Shown here: piece by piece, positions 25,301-38,400 of the stretch | Numbering within the stretch: position 1 is the stretch's first letter | Layout: each line of letters begins with the position of its first letter | Assembly: GCA_964057225.1 (NCBI GenBank) | Contig: OZ059895.1 | Location: 23,064,001-23,128,000 of the forward strand | Direction of reading: 5' to 3' | Length of the DNA: 64,000 nucleotides | DNA from: Auanema rhodensis | Taxonomy: Eukaryota; Animalia; Nematoda | Notes under the pieces: generated by a model | Told to the model about the DNA's origin: nothing | Seen by the model: only the letters and a program-made list of their open reading frames with translations | Databases searched by the model: none | Translations under genes and position numbers: made by a program

Positions 25301-28300
25301 TCTTTGCCTTGAAAAAAGAAATCTAAAAACATCTACTTTTTGCTAAATTATTTCGAAATTTTTCGAAAAAATTTTTGTCAAAATGTTTTTGGAAGCAATG
25401 TTGAGTGTACATGGAAACTCAACATACACTAATGCATCATTTTTCAAACGATCATAACTAATTTTTGTATTAAGCGTTTTTCAATGTAGTATAGTGCATT
25501 CGATGCGGATTTTTAAGCTGCATCGATCTGTGTTATCAGATTTGCGCTAGCTTAAAAATGCACCGAGATATCAACTGATATAAGTTCACACTTATATCCT
25601 CGATTTTCACCCTGAAGAATTAATTTTTTCGTTGAATAACAATGTCCATCGTCTTTGCCTTGAAAAAAGAAATCTAAAAACATCTACTTTTTGCTAAATT
25701 ATTTTGAAATTTTTCGAAAAAATTTTTGTCAAAATGTTTTTGGAAGCAATGTTGAGTGTACATGGAAACTCAACATACACTAATGCATCATTTTTCAAAC
25801 GATCATAACTAATTTTTGTATTAAGCGTTTCTCAATGTAGTATAGTGCATTCGATGCAGATTTTTAAGCTGCGTCGATCTGTGTTATCAGATTTGCGCTA
25901 GCTTAAAAATGCACCGAGATATCAACTGATATATGTTCACACTTATATCCTCGATTTTCACCCTGAAGAATTAATTTTTTCGTTGAATAACAATGTCCAT
26001 CGTCTTTGCCTTGAAAAAAGAAATCTAAAAACATCTACTTTTTGCTAAATTATTTTGAACTTTTTCGAAAAAATTTTTGTCAAAATGTTTTTGGAAGCAA
26101 TGTTGAGTGTACATGGAAACTCAACATACACTAATGCATCATTTTTCAAACGATCATAACTAATTTTTGTATTAAGCGTTTCTCAATGTAGTATAGTGCA
26201 TTCGATGCGGATTTTTAAGCTGCATCGATCTGTGTTATCAGATTTGCGCTAGCTTAAAAATGCACCGAGATATCAACTGATATAAGTTCACACTTATATC
26301 CTCGATTTTCACCCTGAAGAATTAATTTTTTCGTTGAATAACAATGTCCATCGTCTTTGCCTTGAAAAAAGAAATCTAAAAACATCTACTTTTTGCTAAA
26401 TTATTTTGAAATTTTTCGAAAAAATTTTTGTCAAAATGTTTTTGGAAGCAATGTTGAGTGTACATGGAAACTCAACATACACTAATGCATCATTTTTCAA
26501 ACGATCATAACTAATTTTTGTATTAAGCGTTTCTCAATGTAGTATAGTGCATTCGATGCAGATTTTTAAGCTGCGTCGATCTGTGTTATCAGATTTGCGC
26601 TAGCTTAAAAATGCACCGAGATATCAACTGATATATGTTCACACTTATATCCTCGATTTTCACCCTGAAGAATTAATTTTTTCGTTGAATAACAATGTCC
26701 ATCGTCTTTGCCTTGAAAAAAGAAATCTAAAAACATCTACTTTTTGCTAAATTATTTTGAACTATTTCGAAAAAATTTTTGTCAAAATGTTTTTGGAAGC
26801 AATGTTGAGTGTACATGGAAACTCAACATACACTAATGCATCATTTTTCAAACGATCATAACTAATTTTTGTATTAAGCGTTTCTCAATGTAGTATAGTG
26901 CATTCGATGCGGATTTTGAAGTTGCATCGATCTGTGTTATCAGATTTGCGCTAGATTAAAAATGCACCGAGATATCAACTGATATAAGTTCACACTTATA
27001 TCCTCGATTTTCACCCTGAAGAATTAATTTTTTCGTTGAATAACAATGTCCATCGTCTTTGCCTTGAAAAAAGAAATCTAAAAACATCTACTTTTTGCTA
27101 AATTATTTTGAAATTTTTCGAAAAAATTTTTGTCAAAATGTTTTTGGAAGCAATGTTGAGTGTACATGGAAACTCAACATACACTAATGCATCATTTTTC
27201 AAACGATCATAACTAATTTTTGTATTAAGCGTTTCTCAATGTAGTATAGTGCATTCGATGCGGATTTTTAAGCTGCGTCGATCTGTTTTATCAGATTTGC
27301 GCTAGCTTAAAAATGCACCGAGATATCAACTGATATAAGTTCACACTTATATCCTCGATTTTCACCCTGAAGAATTAATTTTTTCGTTGAATAACAATGT
27401 CTATCGTCTTTGCCTTGAAAAAAGGAATCTAAAAGCATCTACTTTTTGCTAAATTATTTCGAAATTTTTCGAAAAAATTTTTGTCAAAATGTTTTTGGAA
27501 GCAATGTTGAGTGTACATGGAAACTCAACATACACTAATGCATCATTTTTCAAACGATCATAACTAATTTTTGTATTAAGCGTTTCTCAATGTAGTATAG
27601 TGCATTCGATGCGGATTTTTAAGCTGCATCGATCTGTGTTATCAGATTTGCGCTAGCTTAAAAATGCACCGAGATATCAACTGATATAAGTTCACACTTA
27701 TATCCTCGATTTTCACCCTGAACAATTAATTTTTTCGTTGAATAACAATGTCCATCGTCTTTGCCTTGAAAAAAGAAATCTAAAAACATCTACTTTTTGC
27801 TATATTATTTTGAAATTTTTCGAAAAAATTTTTGTCAAAATGTTTTTGGAAGCAATGTTGAGTGTACATGGAAACTCAACATACACTAATGCATCATTTT
27901 TCAAACGATCATAACTAATTTTTGTATTAAGCGTTTCTCAATGTAGTATAGTGCATTCGATGCAGATTTTTAAGCTGCGTCGATCTGTGTTATCAGATTT
28001 GCGCTAGCTTAAAAATGCACCGAGATATCAACTGATATATGTTCACACTTATATCCTCGATTTTCACCCTGAAGAATTAATTTTTTCGTTGAATAACAAT
28101 GTCCATCGTCTTTGCCTTGAAAAAAGAAATCTAAAAACATCTACTTTTTGCTAAATTATTCTGAACTTTTTCGAAAAAATTTTTGTCAAAATGTTTTTGG
28201 AAGCAATGTTGAGTGTACATGGAAACTCAACATACACTAATGCATCATTTTTCAAACGATCATAACTAATTTTTGTATTAAGCGTTTCTCAATGTAGTAT

Positions 28301-31300
28301 AGTGCATTCGATGCGGATTTTTAAGCTGCATCGATCTGTGTTATCAGATTTGCGCTAGCTTAAAAATGCACCGAGATATCAACTGATATAAGTTCACACT
28401 TATATCCTCGATTTTCACCCTGAAGAATTAATTTTTTCGTTGAATAACAATGTCCATCGTCTTTGCCTTGAAAAAAGAAATCTAAAAACATCTACTTTTT
28501 GCTAAATTATTTTGAAATTTTTCGAAAAAATTTTTGTCAAAATGTTTTTGGAAGCAATGTTGAGTGTACATGGAAACTCAACATACACTAATGCATCATT
28601 TTTCAAACGATCATAACTAATTATTGTATTAAGCGTTTCTCAATGTAGTATAGTGCATTCGATGCGGATTTTTAAGCTGCGTCGATCTGTTTTATCAGAT
28701 TTGCGCTAGCTTAAAAATGCACCGAGATATCAACTGATATAAGTTCACTCTTATATCCTCGATTTTCACCCTGAAGAATTAATTTTTTCGTTGAATAACA
28801 ATGTCTATCGTCTTTGCCTTGAAAAAAGGAATCTAAAAGCATCTACTTTTTGCTAAATTATTTCGAAATTTTTCGAAAAAATTTTTGTCAAAATGTTTTT
28901 GGAAGCAATGTTGAGTGTACATGGAAACTCAACATACACTAATGCATCATTTTTCAAACGATCATAACTAATTTTTGTATTAAGCGTTTCTCAATGTAGT
29001 ATAGTGCATTCGATGCAGATTTTTAAGCTGCGTCGATCTGTGTTATCAGATTTGCGCTAGCTTAAAAATGCACCGAGATATCAACTGATATATGTTCACA
29101 CTTATATCCTCGATTTTCACCCTGAAGAATTAATTTTTTCGTTGAATAACAATGTCCATCGTCTTTGCCTTGAAAAAAGAAATCTAAAAACATCTACTTT
29201 TTGCTAAATTATTTTGAACTTTTTCGAAAAAATTTTTGTCAAAATGTTTTTGGAAGCAATGTTGAGTGTACATGGAAACTCAACATACACTAATGCATCA
29301 TTTTTCAAACGATCATAACTAATTTTTGTATTAAGCGTTTCTCAATGTAGTATAGTGCATTCGATGCGGATTTTTAAGCTGCATCGATCTGTGTTATCAG
29401 ATTTGCGCTAGCTTAAAAATGCACCGAGATATCAACTGATATAAGTTCACACTTATATCCTCGATTTTCACCCTGAAGAATTAATTTTTTCGTTGAATAA
29501 CAATGTCCATCGTCTTTGCCTTGAAAAAAGAAATCTAAAAACATCTACTTTTTGCTAAATTATTTTGAAATTTTTCGAAAAAATTTTTGTCAAAATGTTT
29601 TTGGAAGCAATGTTGAGTGTACATGGAAACTCAACATACACTAATGCATCATTTTTCAAACGATCATAACTAATTATTGTATTAAGCGTTTCTCAATGTA
29701 GTATAGTGCATTCGATGCAGATTTTTAAGCTGCGTCGATCTGTGTTATCAGATTTGCGCTAGCTTAAAAATGCACCGAGATATCAACTGATATATGTTCA
29801 CACTTATATCCTCGATTTTCACCCTGAAGAATTAATTTTTTCGTTGAATAACAATGTCCATCGTCTTTGCCTTGAAAAAAGAAATCTAAAAACATCTACT
29901 TTTTGCTAAATTATTTTGAACTTTTTCGAAAAAATTTTTGTCAAAATGTTTTTGGAAGCAATGTTGAGTGTACATGGAAACCCAACATACACTAATGCAT
30001 CATTTTTCAAACGATCATAACTAATTTTTGTATTAAGCGTTTCTCAATGTAGTATAGTGCATTCGATGCGGATTTTTAAGCTGCGTCGATCTGTTTTATC
30101 AGATTTGCGCTAGCTTAAAAATGCACCGAGATATCAACTGATATAAGTTCACACTTATATCCTCGATTTTCACCCTGAAGAATTAATTTTTTCGTTGAAT
30201 AACAATGTCTATCGTCTTCGCCTTGAAAAAAGGAATCTAAAAGCATCTACTTTTTGCTAAATTATTTCGAAATTTTTCGAAAAAATTTTTGTCAAAATGT
30301 TTTTGGAAGCAATGTTGAGTGTACATGGAAACTCAACATACACTAATGCATCATTTTTCAAACGATCATAACTAATTTTTGTATTAAGCGTTTCTCAATG
30401 TAGTATAGTGCATTCGATGCGGATTTTTAAGCTGCATCGATCTGTGTTATCAGATTTGCGCTAGCTTAAAAATGCACCGAGATATCAACTGATATAAGTT
30501 CACACTTATATCCTCGATTTTCACCCTGAAGAATTAATTTTTTCGTTGAATAACAATGTCCATCGTCTTTGCCTTGAAAAAAGAAATCTAAAAACATCTA
30601 CTTTTTGCAAAATTATTTTGAAATTTTTCGAAAAAATTTTTGTCAAAATGTTTTTGGAAGCAATGTTGAGTGTACATGGAAACTCAACATACACTAATGC
30701 ATCATTTTTCAAACGATCATAACTAATTATTGTATTAAGCGTTTCTCAATGTAGTATAGTGCATTCGATGCAGATTTTTAAGCTGCGTCGATCTGTGTTA
30801 TCAGATTTGCGCTAGCTTAAAAATGCACCGAGATATCAACTGATATATGTTCACACTTATATCCTCGATTTTCACCCTGAAGAATTAATTTTTTCGTTGA
30901 ATAACAATGTCCATCGTCTTTGCCTTGAAAAAAGAAATCTAAAAACATCTACTTTTTGCTAAATTATTTTGAACTTTTTCGAAAAAATTTTTGTCAAAAT
31001 GTTTTTGGAAGCAATGTTGAGTGTACATGGAAACCCAACATACACTAATGCATCATTTTTCAAACGATCATAACTAATTTTTGTATTAAGCGTTTCTCAA
31101 TGTAGTATAGTGCATTCGATGCGGATTTTTAAGCTGCGTCGATCTGTTTTATCAGATTTGCGCTAGCTTAAAAATGCACCGAGATATCAACTGATATAAG
31201 TTCACACTTATATCCTCGATTTTCACCCTGAAGAATTAATTTTTTCGTTGAATAACAATGTCTATCGTCTTCGCCTTGAAAAAAGGAATCTAAAAGCATC

Positions 31301-34300
31301 TACTTTTTGCTAAATTATTTCGAAATTTTTCGAAAAAATTTTTGTCAAAATGTTTTTGGAAGCAATGTTGAGTGTACATGGAAACTCAACATACACTAAT
31401 GCATCATTTTTCAAACGATCATAACTAATTTTTGTATTAAGCGTTTCTCAATGTAGTATAGTGCATTCGATGCGGATTTTTAAGCTGCATCGATCTGTGT
31501 TATCAGATTTGCGCTAGCTTAAAAATGCACCGAGATATCAACTGATATAAGTTCACACTTATATCCTCGATTTTCACCCTGAAGAATTAATTTTTTCGTT
31601 GAATAACAATGTCCATCGTCTTTGCCTTGAAAAAAGAAATCTAAAAACATCTACTTTTTGCTAAATTATTTTGAAATTTTTCGAAAAAATTTTTGTCAAA
31701 ATGTTTTTGGAAGCAATGTTGAGTGTACATGGAAACTCAACATACACTAATGCATCATTTTTCAAACGATCATAACTTATTTTTGTATTAAGCGTTTCTC
31801 AATGTAGTATAGTGCATTCGATGCGGATTTTTAAGCTGCGTCGATCTGTTTTATCAGATTTGCGCTAGCTTAAAAATGCACCGAGATATCAACTGATATA
31901 AGTTCACACTTATATCCTCGATTTTCACCCTGAAGAATTAATTTTTTCGTTGAATAACAATGTCTATCGTCTTCGCCTTGAAAAAAGGAATCTAAAAGCA
32001 TCTACTTTTTGCTAAATTATTTCGAAATTTTTCGAAAAAATTTTTGTCAAAATGTTTTTGGAAGCAATGTTGAGTGTACATGGAAACTCAACATACACTA
32101 ATGCATCATTTTTCAAACGATCATAACTAATTTTTGTATTAAGCGTTTCTCAATGTAGTATAGTGCATTCGATGCGGATTTTTAAGCTGCATCGATCTGT
32201 GTTATCAGATTTGCGCTAGCTTAAAAATGCACCGAGATATCAACTGATATAAGTTCACACTTATATCCTCGATTTTCACCCTGAAGAATTAATTTTTTCG
32301 TTGAATAACAATGTCCATCGTCTTTGCCTTGAAAAAAGAAATCTAAAAACATCTACTTTTTGCTAAATTATTTTGAAATTTTTCGAAAAAATTTTTGTCA
32401 AAATGTTTTTGGAAGCAATGTTGAGTGTACATGGAAACTCAACATACACTAATGCATCATTTTTCAAACGATCATAACTAATTTTTGTATTAAGCGTTTC
32501 TCAATGTAGTATAGTGCATTCGATGCGGATTTTTAAGCTGCGTCGATCTGTTTTATCAGATTTGCGCTAGCTTAAAAATGCACCGAGATATCAACTGATA
32601 TAGGTTCACACTTATATCCTCGATTTTCACCCTGAAGAATTAATTTTTTCGTTGAATAACAATGTCTATCGTCTTTGCCTTGAAAAAAGGAATCTAAAAG
32701 CATCTACTTTTTGCTAAATTATTTCGAAATTTTTCGAAAAAATTTTTGTCAAAATGTTTTTGGAAGCAATGTTGAGTGTACATGGAAACTCAACATACAC
32801 TAATGCATCATTTTTCAAACGATCATAACTAATTTTTGTATTAAGCGTTTCTCAATGTAGTATAGTGCATTCGATGCGGATTTTTAAGCTGCATCGATCT
32901 GTGTTATCAGATTTGCGCTAGCTTAAAAATGCACCGAGATATCAACTGATATAAGTTCACACTTATATCCTCGATTTTCACCCTGAAGAATTAATTTTTT
33001 CGTTGAATAACAATGTCCATCGTCTTTGCCTTGAAAAAAGAAATCTAAAAACATCTACTTTTTGCTAAATTATTTTGAAATTTTTCGAAAAAATTTTTGT
33101 CAAAATGTTTTTGGAAGCAATGTTGAGTGTACATGGAAACTCAACATACACTAATGCATCATTTTTCAAACGATCATAACTAATTTTTGTATTAAGCGTT
33201 TCTCAATGTAGTATAGTGCATTCGATGCGGATTTTTAAGCTGCATCGATCTGTGTTATCAGATTTGCGCTAGCTTAAAAATGCACCGAGATATCAACTGA
33301 TATAAGTTCACACTTATATCCTCGATTTTCACCCTGAAGAATTAATTTTTTCGTTGAATAACAATGTCCATCGTCTTTGCCTTGAAAAAAGAAATCTAAA
33401 AACATCTACTTTTTGCTAAATTATTTTGAAATTTTTCGAAAAAATTTTTGTCAAAATGTTTTTGGAAGCAATGTTGAGTGTACATGGAAACTCAACATAC
33501 ACTAATGCATCATTTTTCAAACGATCATAACTAATTATTGTATTAAGCGTTTCTCAATGTAGTATAGTGCATTCGATGCAGATTTTTAAGCTGCGTCGAT
33601 CTGTGTTATCAGATTTGCGCTAGCTTAAAAATGCACCGAGATATCAACTGATATATGTTCACACTTATATCCTCGATTTTCACCCTGAAGAATTAATTTT
33701 TTCGTTGAATAACAATGTCCATCGTCTTTGCCTTGAAAAAAGAAATCTAAAAACATCTACTTTTTGCTAAATTATTTTGAACTTTTTCGAAAAAATTTTT
33801 GTCAAAATGTTTTTGGAAGCAATGTTGAGTGTACATGGAAACCCAACATACACTAATGCATCATTTTTCAAACGATCATAACTAATTTTTGTATTAAGCG
33901 TTTCTCAATGTAGTATAGTGCATTCGATGCGGATTTTTAAGCTGCATCGATCTGTGTTATCAGATTTGCGCTAGCTTAAAAATGCACCGAGATATCAACT
34001 GATATAAGTTCACACTTATATCCTCGATTTTCACCCTGAAGAATTAATTTTTTCGTTGAATAACAATGTCCATCGTCTTTGCCTTGAAAAAAGAAATCTA
34101 AAAACATCTACTTTTTGCTAAATTATTTTGAAATTTTTCGAAAAAATTTTTGTCAAAATGTTTTTGGAAGCAATGTTGAGTGTACATGGAAACTCAACAT
34201 ACACTAATGCATCATTTTTCAAACGATCATAACTAATTTTTGTATTAAGCGTTTCTCAATGTAGTATAGTGCATTCGATGCGGATTTTTAAGCTGCGTCG

Positions 34301-35448
34301 ATCTGTTTTATCAGATTTGCGCTAGCTTAAAAATGCACCGAGATATCAACTGATATAGGTTCACACTTATATCCTCGATTTTCACCCTGAAGAATTAATT
34401 TTTTCGTTGAATAACAATGTCTATCGTCTTTGCCTTGAAAAAAGGAATCTAAAAGCATCTACTTTTTGCTAAATTATTTCGAAATTTTTCGAAAAAATTT
34501 TTGTCAAAATGTTTTTGGAAGCAATGTTGAGTGTACATGGAAACTCAACATACACTAATGCATCATTTTTCAAACGATCATAACTAATTTTTGTATTAAG
34601 CGTTTCTCAATGTAGTATAGTGCATTCGATGCGGATTTTTAAGCTGCATCGATCTGTGTTATCAGATTTGCGCTAGCTTAAAAATGCACCGAGATATCAA
34701 CTGATATAAGTTCACACTTATATCCTCGATTTTCACCCTGAAGAATTAATTTTTTCGTTGAATAACAATGTCCATCGTCTTTGCCTTGAAAAAAGAAATC
34801 TAAAAACATCTACTTTTTGCTAAATTATTTTGAAATTTTTCGAAAAAATTTTTGTCAAAATGTTTTTGGAAGCAATGTTGAGTGTACATGGAAACTCAAC
34901 ATACACTAATGCATCATTTTTCAAACGATCATAACTAATTTTTGTATTAAGCGTTTCTCAATGTAGTATAGTGCATTCGATGCTGATTTTTAAGCTGCAT
35001 CGATCTGTGTTATCAGATTTGCGCTAGCTTAAAAATGCACCGAGATATCAACTGATATAAGTTCACACTTATATCCTCGATTTTCACCCTGAAGAATTAA
35101 TTTTTTCGTTGAATAACAATGTCCATCGTCTTTGCCTTGAAAAAAGAAATCTAAAAACATCTACTTTTTGCTAAATTATTTTGAAATTTTTCGAAAAAAT
35201 TTTTGTCAAAATGTTTTTGGAAGCAATGTTGAGTGTACATGGAAACTCAACATACACTAATGCATCATTTTTCAAACGATCATAACTAATTTTTGTATTA
35301 AGCGTTTCTCAATGTAGTATAGTGCATTCGATGCAGATTTTTAAGCTGCGTTGATCTGTGTTATCAGATTTGCGCTAGCTTAAAAATGCACCGAGATATC
35401 AACTGATATATGTTCACACTTATATCCTCGATTTTCACCCTGAAGAAT

Positions 35449-38400
35449 TAATTTTTTCGTTGAATAACAATGTCCATCGTCTTTGCCTTGAAAAAAGGAA
35501 TCTAAAAACATCTACTTTTTGCTAAATTATTTTGAACTTTTTCGAAAAAATTTTTGTCAAAATGTTTTTGGAAGCAATGTTGAGTGTACATGGAAACTCA
35601 ACATACACTAATGCATCATTTTTCAAACGATCATAACTAATTTTTGTATTAAGCGTTTCTCAATGTAGTATAGTGCATTCGATGCTGATTTTTAAGCTGC
35701 ATCGATCTGTGTTATCAGATTTGCGCTAGCTTAAAAATGCACCGAGATATCAACTGATATAAGTTCACACTTATATCCTCGATTTTCACCCTGAAGAATT
35801 AATTTTTTCGTTGAATAACAATGTCCATCGTCTTTGCCTTGAAAAAAGAAATCTAAAAACATCTACTTTTTGCTAAATTATTTTGAAATTTTTCGAAAAA
35901 ATTTTTGTCAAAATGTTTTTGGAAGCAATGTTGAGTGTACATGGAAACTCAACATACACTAATGCATCATTTTTCAAACGATCATAACTAATTTTTGTAT
36001 TAAGCGTTTCTCAATGTAGTATAGTGCATTCGATGCAGATTTTTAAGCTGCGTTGATCTGTGTTATCAGATTTGCGCTAGCTTAAAAATGCACCGAGATA
36101 TCAACTGATATATGTTCACACTTATATCCTCGATTTTCACCCTGAAGAATTAATTTTTTCGTTGAATAACAATGTCCATCGTCTTTGCCTTGAAAAAAGA
36201 AATCTAAAAACATCTACTTTTTGCTAAATTATTTTGAACTTTTTCGAAAAAATTTTTGTCAAAATGTTTTTGGAAGCAATGTTGAGTGTACATGGAAACT
36301 CAACATACACTAATGCATCATTTTTCAAACGATCATAACTAATTTTTGTATTAAGTGTTTCTTAATGTAGTATAGTGCATTCGATGCGGATTTTTAAGCT
36401 GCGTCGATCTGTTTTATCAGATTTGCGCTAGCTTAAAAATGCACCGAGATATCAACTGATATAAGTTCACACTTATATCCTCGATTTTCACCCTGAAGAA
36501 TTAATTTTTTCGTTGAATAACAATGTCTATCGTCTTCGCCTTGAAAAAAGGAATCTAAAAGCATCTACTTTTTGCTAAATTATTTCGAAATTTTTCGAAA
36601 AAATTTTTGTCAAAATGTTTTTGGAAGCAATGTTGAGTGTACATGGAAACTCAACATACACTAATGCATCATTTTTCAAACGATCATAACTAATTTTTGT
36701 ATTAAGCGTTTCTCAATGTAGTATAGTGCATTCGATGCGGATTTTTAAGCTGCATCGATCTGTGTTATCAGATTTGCGCTAGCTTAAAAATGCACCGAGA
36801 TATCAACTGATATAAGTTCACACTTATATCCTCGATTTTCACCCTGAAGAATTAATTTTTTCGTTGAATAACAATGTCCATCGTCTTTGCCTTGAAAAAA
36901 GAAATCTAAAAACATCTACTTTTTGCTAAATTATTTTGAAATTTTTCGAAAAAATTTTTGTCAAAATGTTTTTGGAAGCAATGTTGAGTGTACATGGAAA
37001 CTCAACATACACTAATGCATCATTTTTCAAACGATCATAACTAATTTTTGTATTGAGCGTTTCTCAATGTAGTATAGTGCATTCGATGCAGATTTTTAAG
37101 CTGCGTCGATCTGTGTTATCAGATTTGCGCTAGCTTAAAAATGCACCGAGATATCAACTGATATATGTTCACACTTATATCCTCGATTTTCACCCTGAAG
37201 AATTAATTTTTTCGTTGAATAACAATGTCCATCGTCTTTGCCTTGAAAAAAGGAATCTAAAAACATCTACTTTTTGCTAAATTATTCTGAAATTTTTCGA
37301 AAAAATTTTTGTCAAAATGTTTTTGGAAGCAATGTTGAGTGTACATGGAAACTCAACATACACTAATGCATCATTTTTCAAACGATCATAACTAATTTTT
37401 GTATTAAGCGTTTCTCAATGTAGTATAGTGCATTCGATGCGGATTTTTAAGCTGCGTCGATCTGTGTTATCAGATTTGCGCTAGCTTAAAAATGCACCGA
37501 GATATCAACTGATATATGTTCACACTTATATCCTCGATTTTCACCCTGAAGAATTAATTTTTTCGTTGAATAACAATGTCCATCGTCTTTGCCTTGAAAA
37601 AAGGAATCTAAAAACATCTACTTTTTGCTAAATTATTTCGAAATTTTTCGAAAAAATTTTTGTCAAAATGTTTTTGGAAGCAATGTTGAGTGAACATGGA
37701 AACTCAACATACACTAATGCATCATTTTTCAAACGATCATAACTAATTTTTGTATTAAGCGTTTCTCAATGTAGTATAGTGCATTCGATGCGGATTTTTA
37801 AGCTGCATCGATCTGTGTTATCAGATTTGCGCTAGCTTAAAAATGCACCGAGATATCAACTGATATAAGTTCACACTTATATCCTCGATTTTCACCCTGA
37901 AGAATTAATTTTTTCGTTGAATAACAATGTCCATCGTCTTTGCCTTGAAAAAAGAAATCTAAAAACATCTACTTTTTGCTAAATTATTTTGAAATTTTTC
38001 GAAAAAATTTTTGTCAAAATGTTTTTGGAAGCAATGTTGAGTGTACATGGAAACTCAACATACACTAATGCATCATTTTTCAAACGATCATAACTAATTT
38101 TTGTATTAAGCGTTTCTCAATGTAGTATAGTGCATTCGATGCAGATTTTTAAGCTGCGTCGATCTGTGTTATCAGATTTGCGCTAGCTTAAAAATGCACC
38201 GAGATATCAACTGATATATGTTCACACTTATATCCTCGATTTTCACCCTGAAGAATTAATTTTTTCGTTGAATAACAATGTCCATCGTCTTTGCCTTGAA
38301 AAAAGGAATCTAAAAACATCTACTTTTTGCTAAATTATTTTGAACTTTTTCGAAAAAATTTTTGTCAAAATGTTTTTGGAAGCAATGTTGAGTGTACATG

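Noticed and set aside
30521-30712. 63-aa minus-strand ORF (MKNDALVYVEF...)
   Set aside because: It exists only because one monomer has T>A at 30609 (GCTAAA to GCAAAA), turning the minus-strand TAG into TTG. The other copies keep the stop. The peptide is K/F/I-rich as expected from A/T tracts and resembles no domain I recognise.
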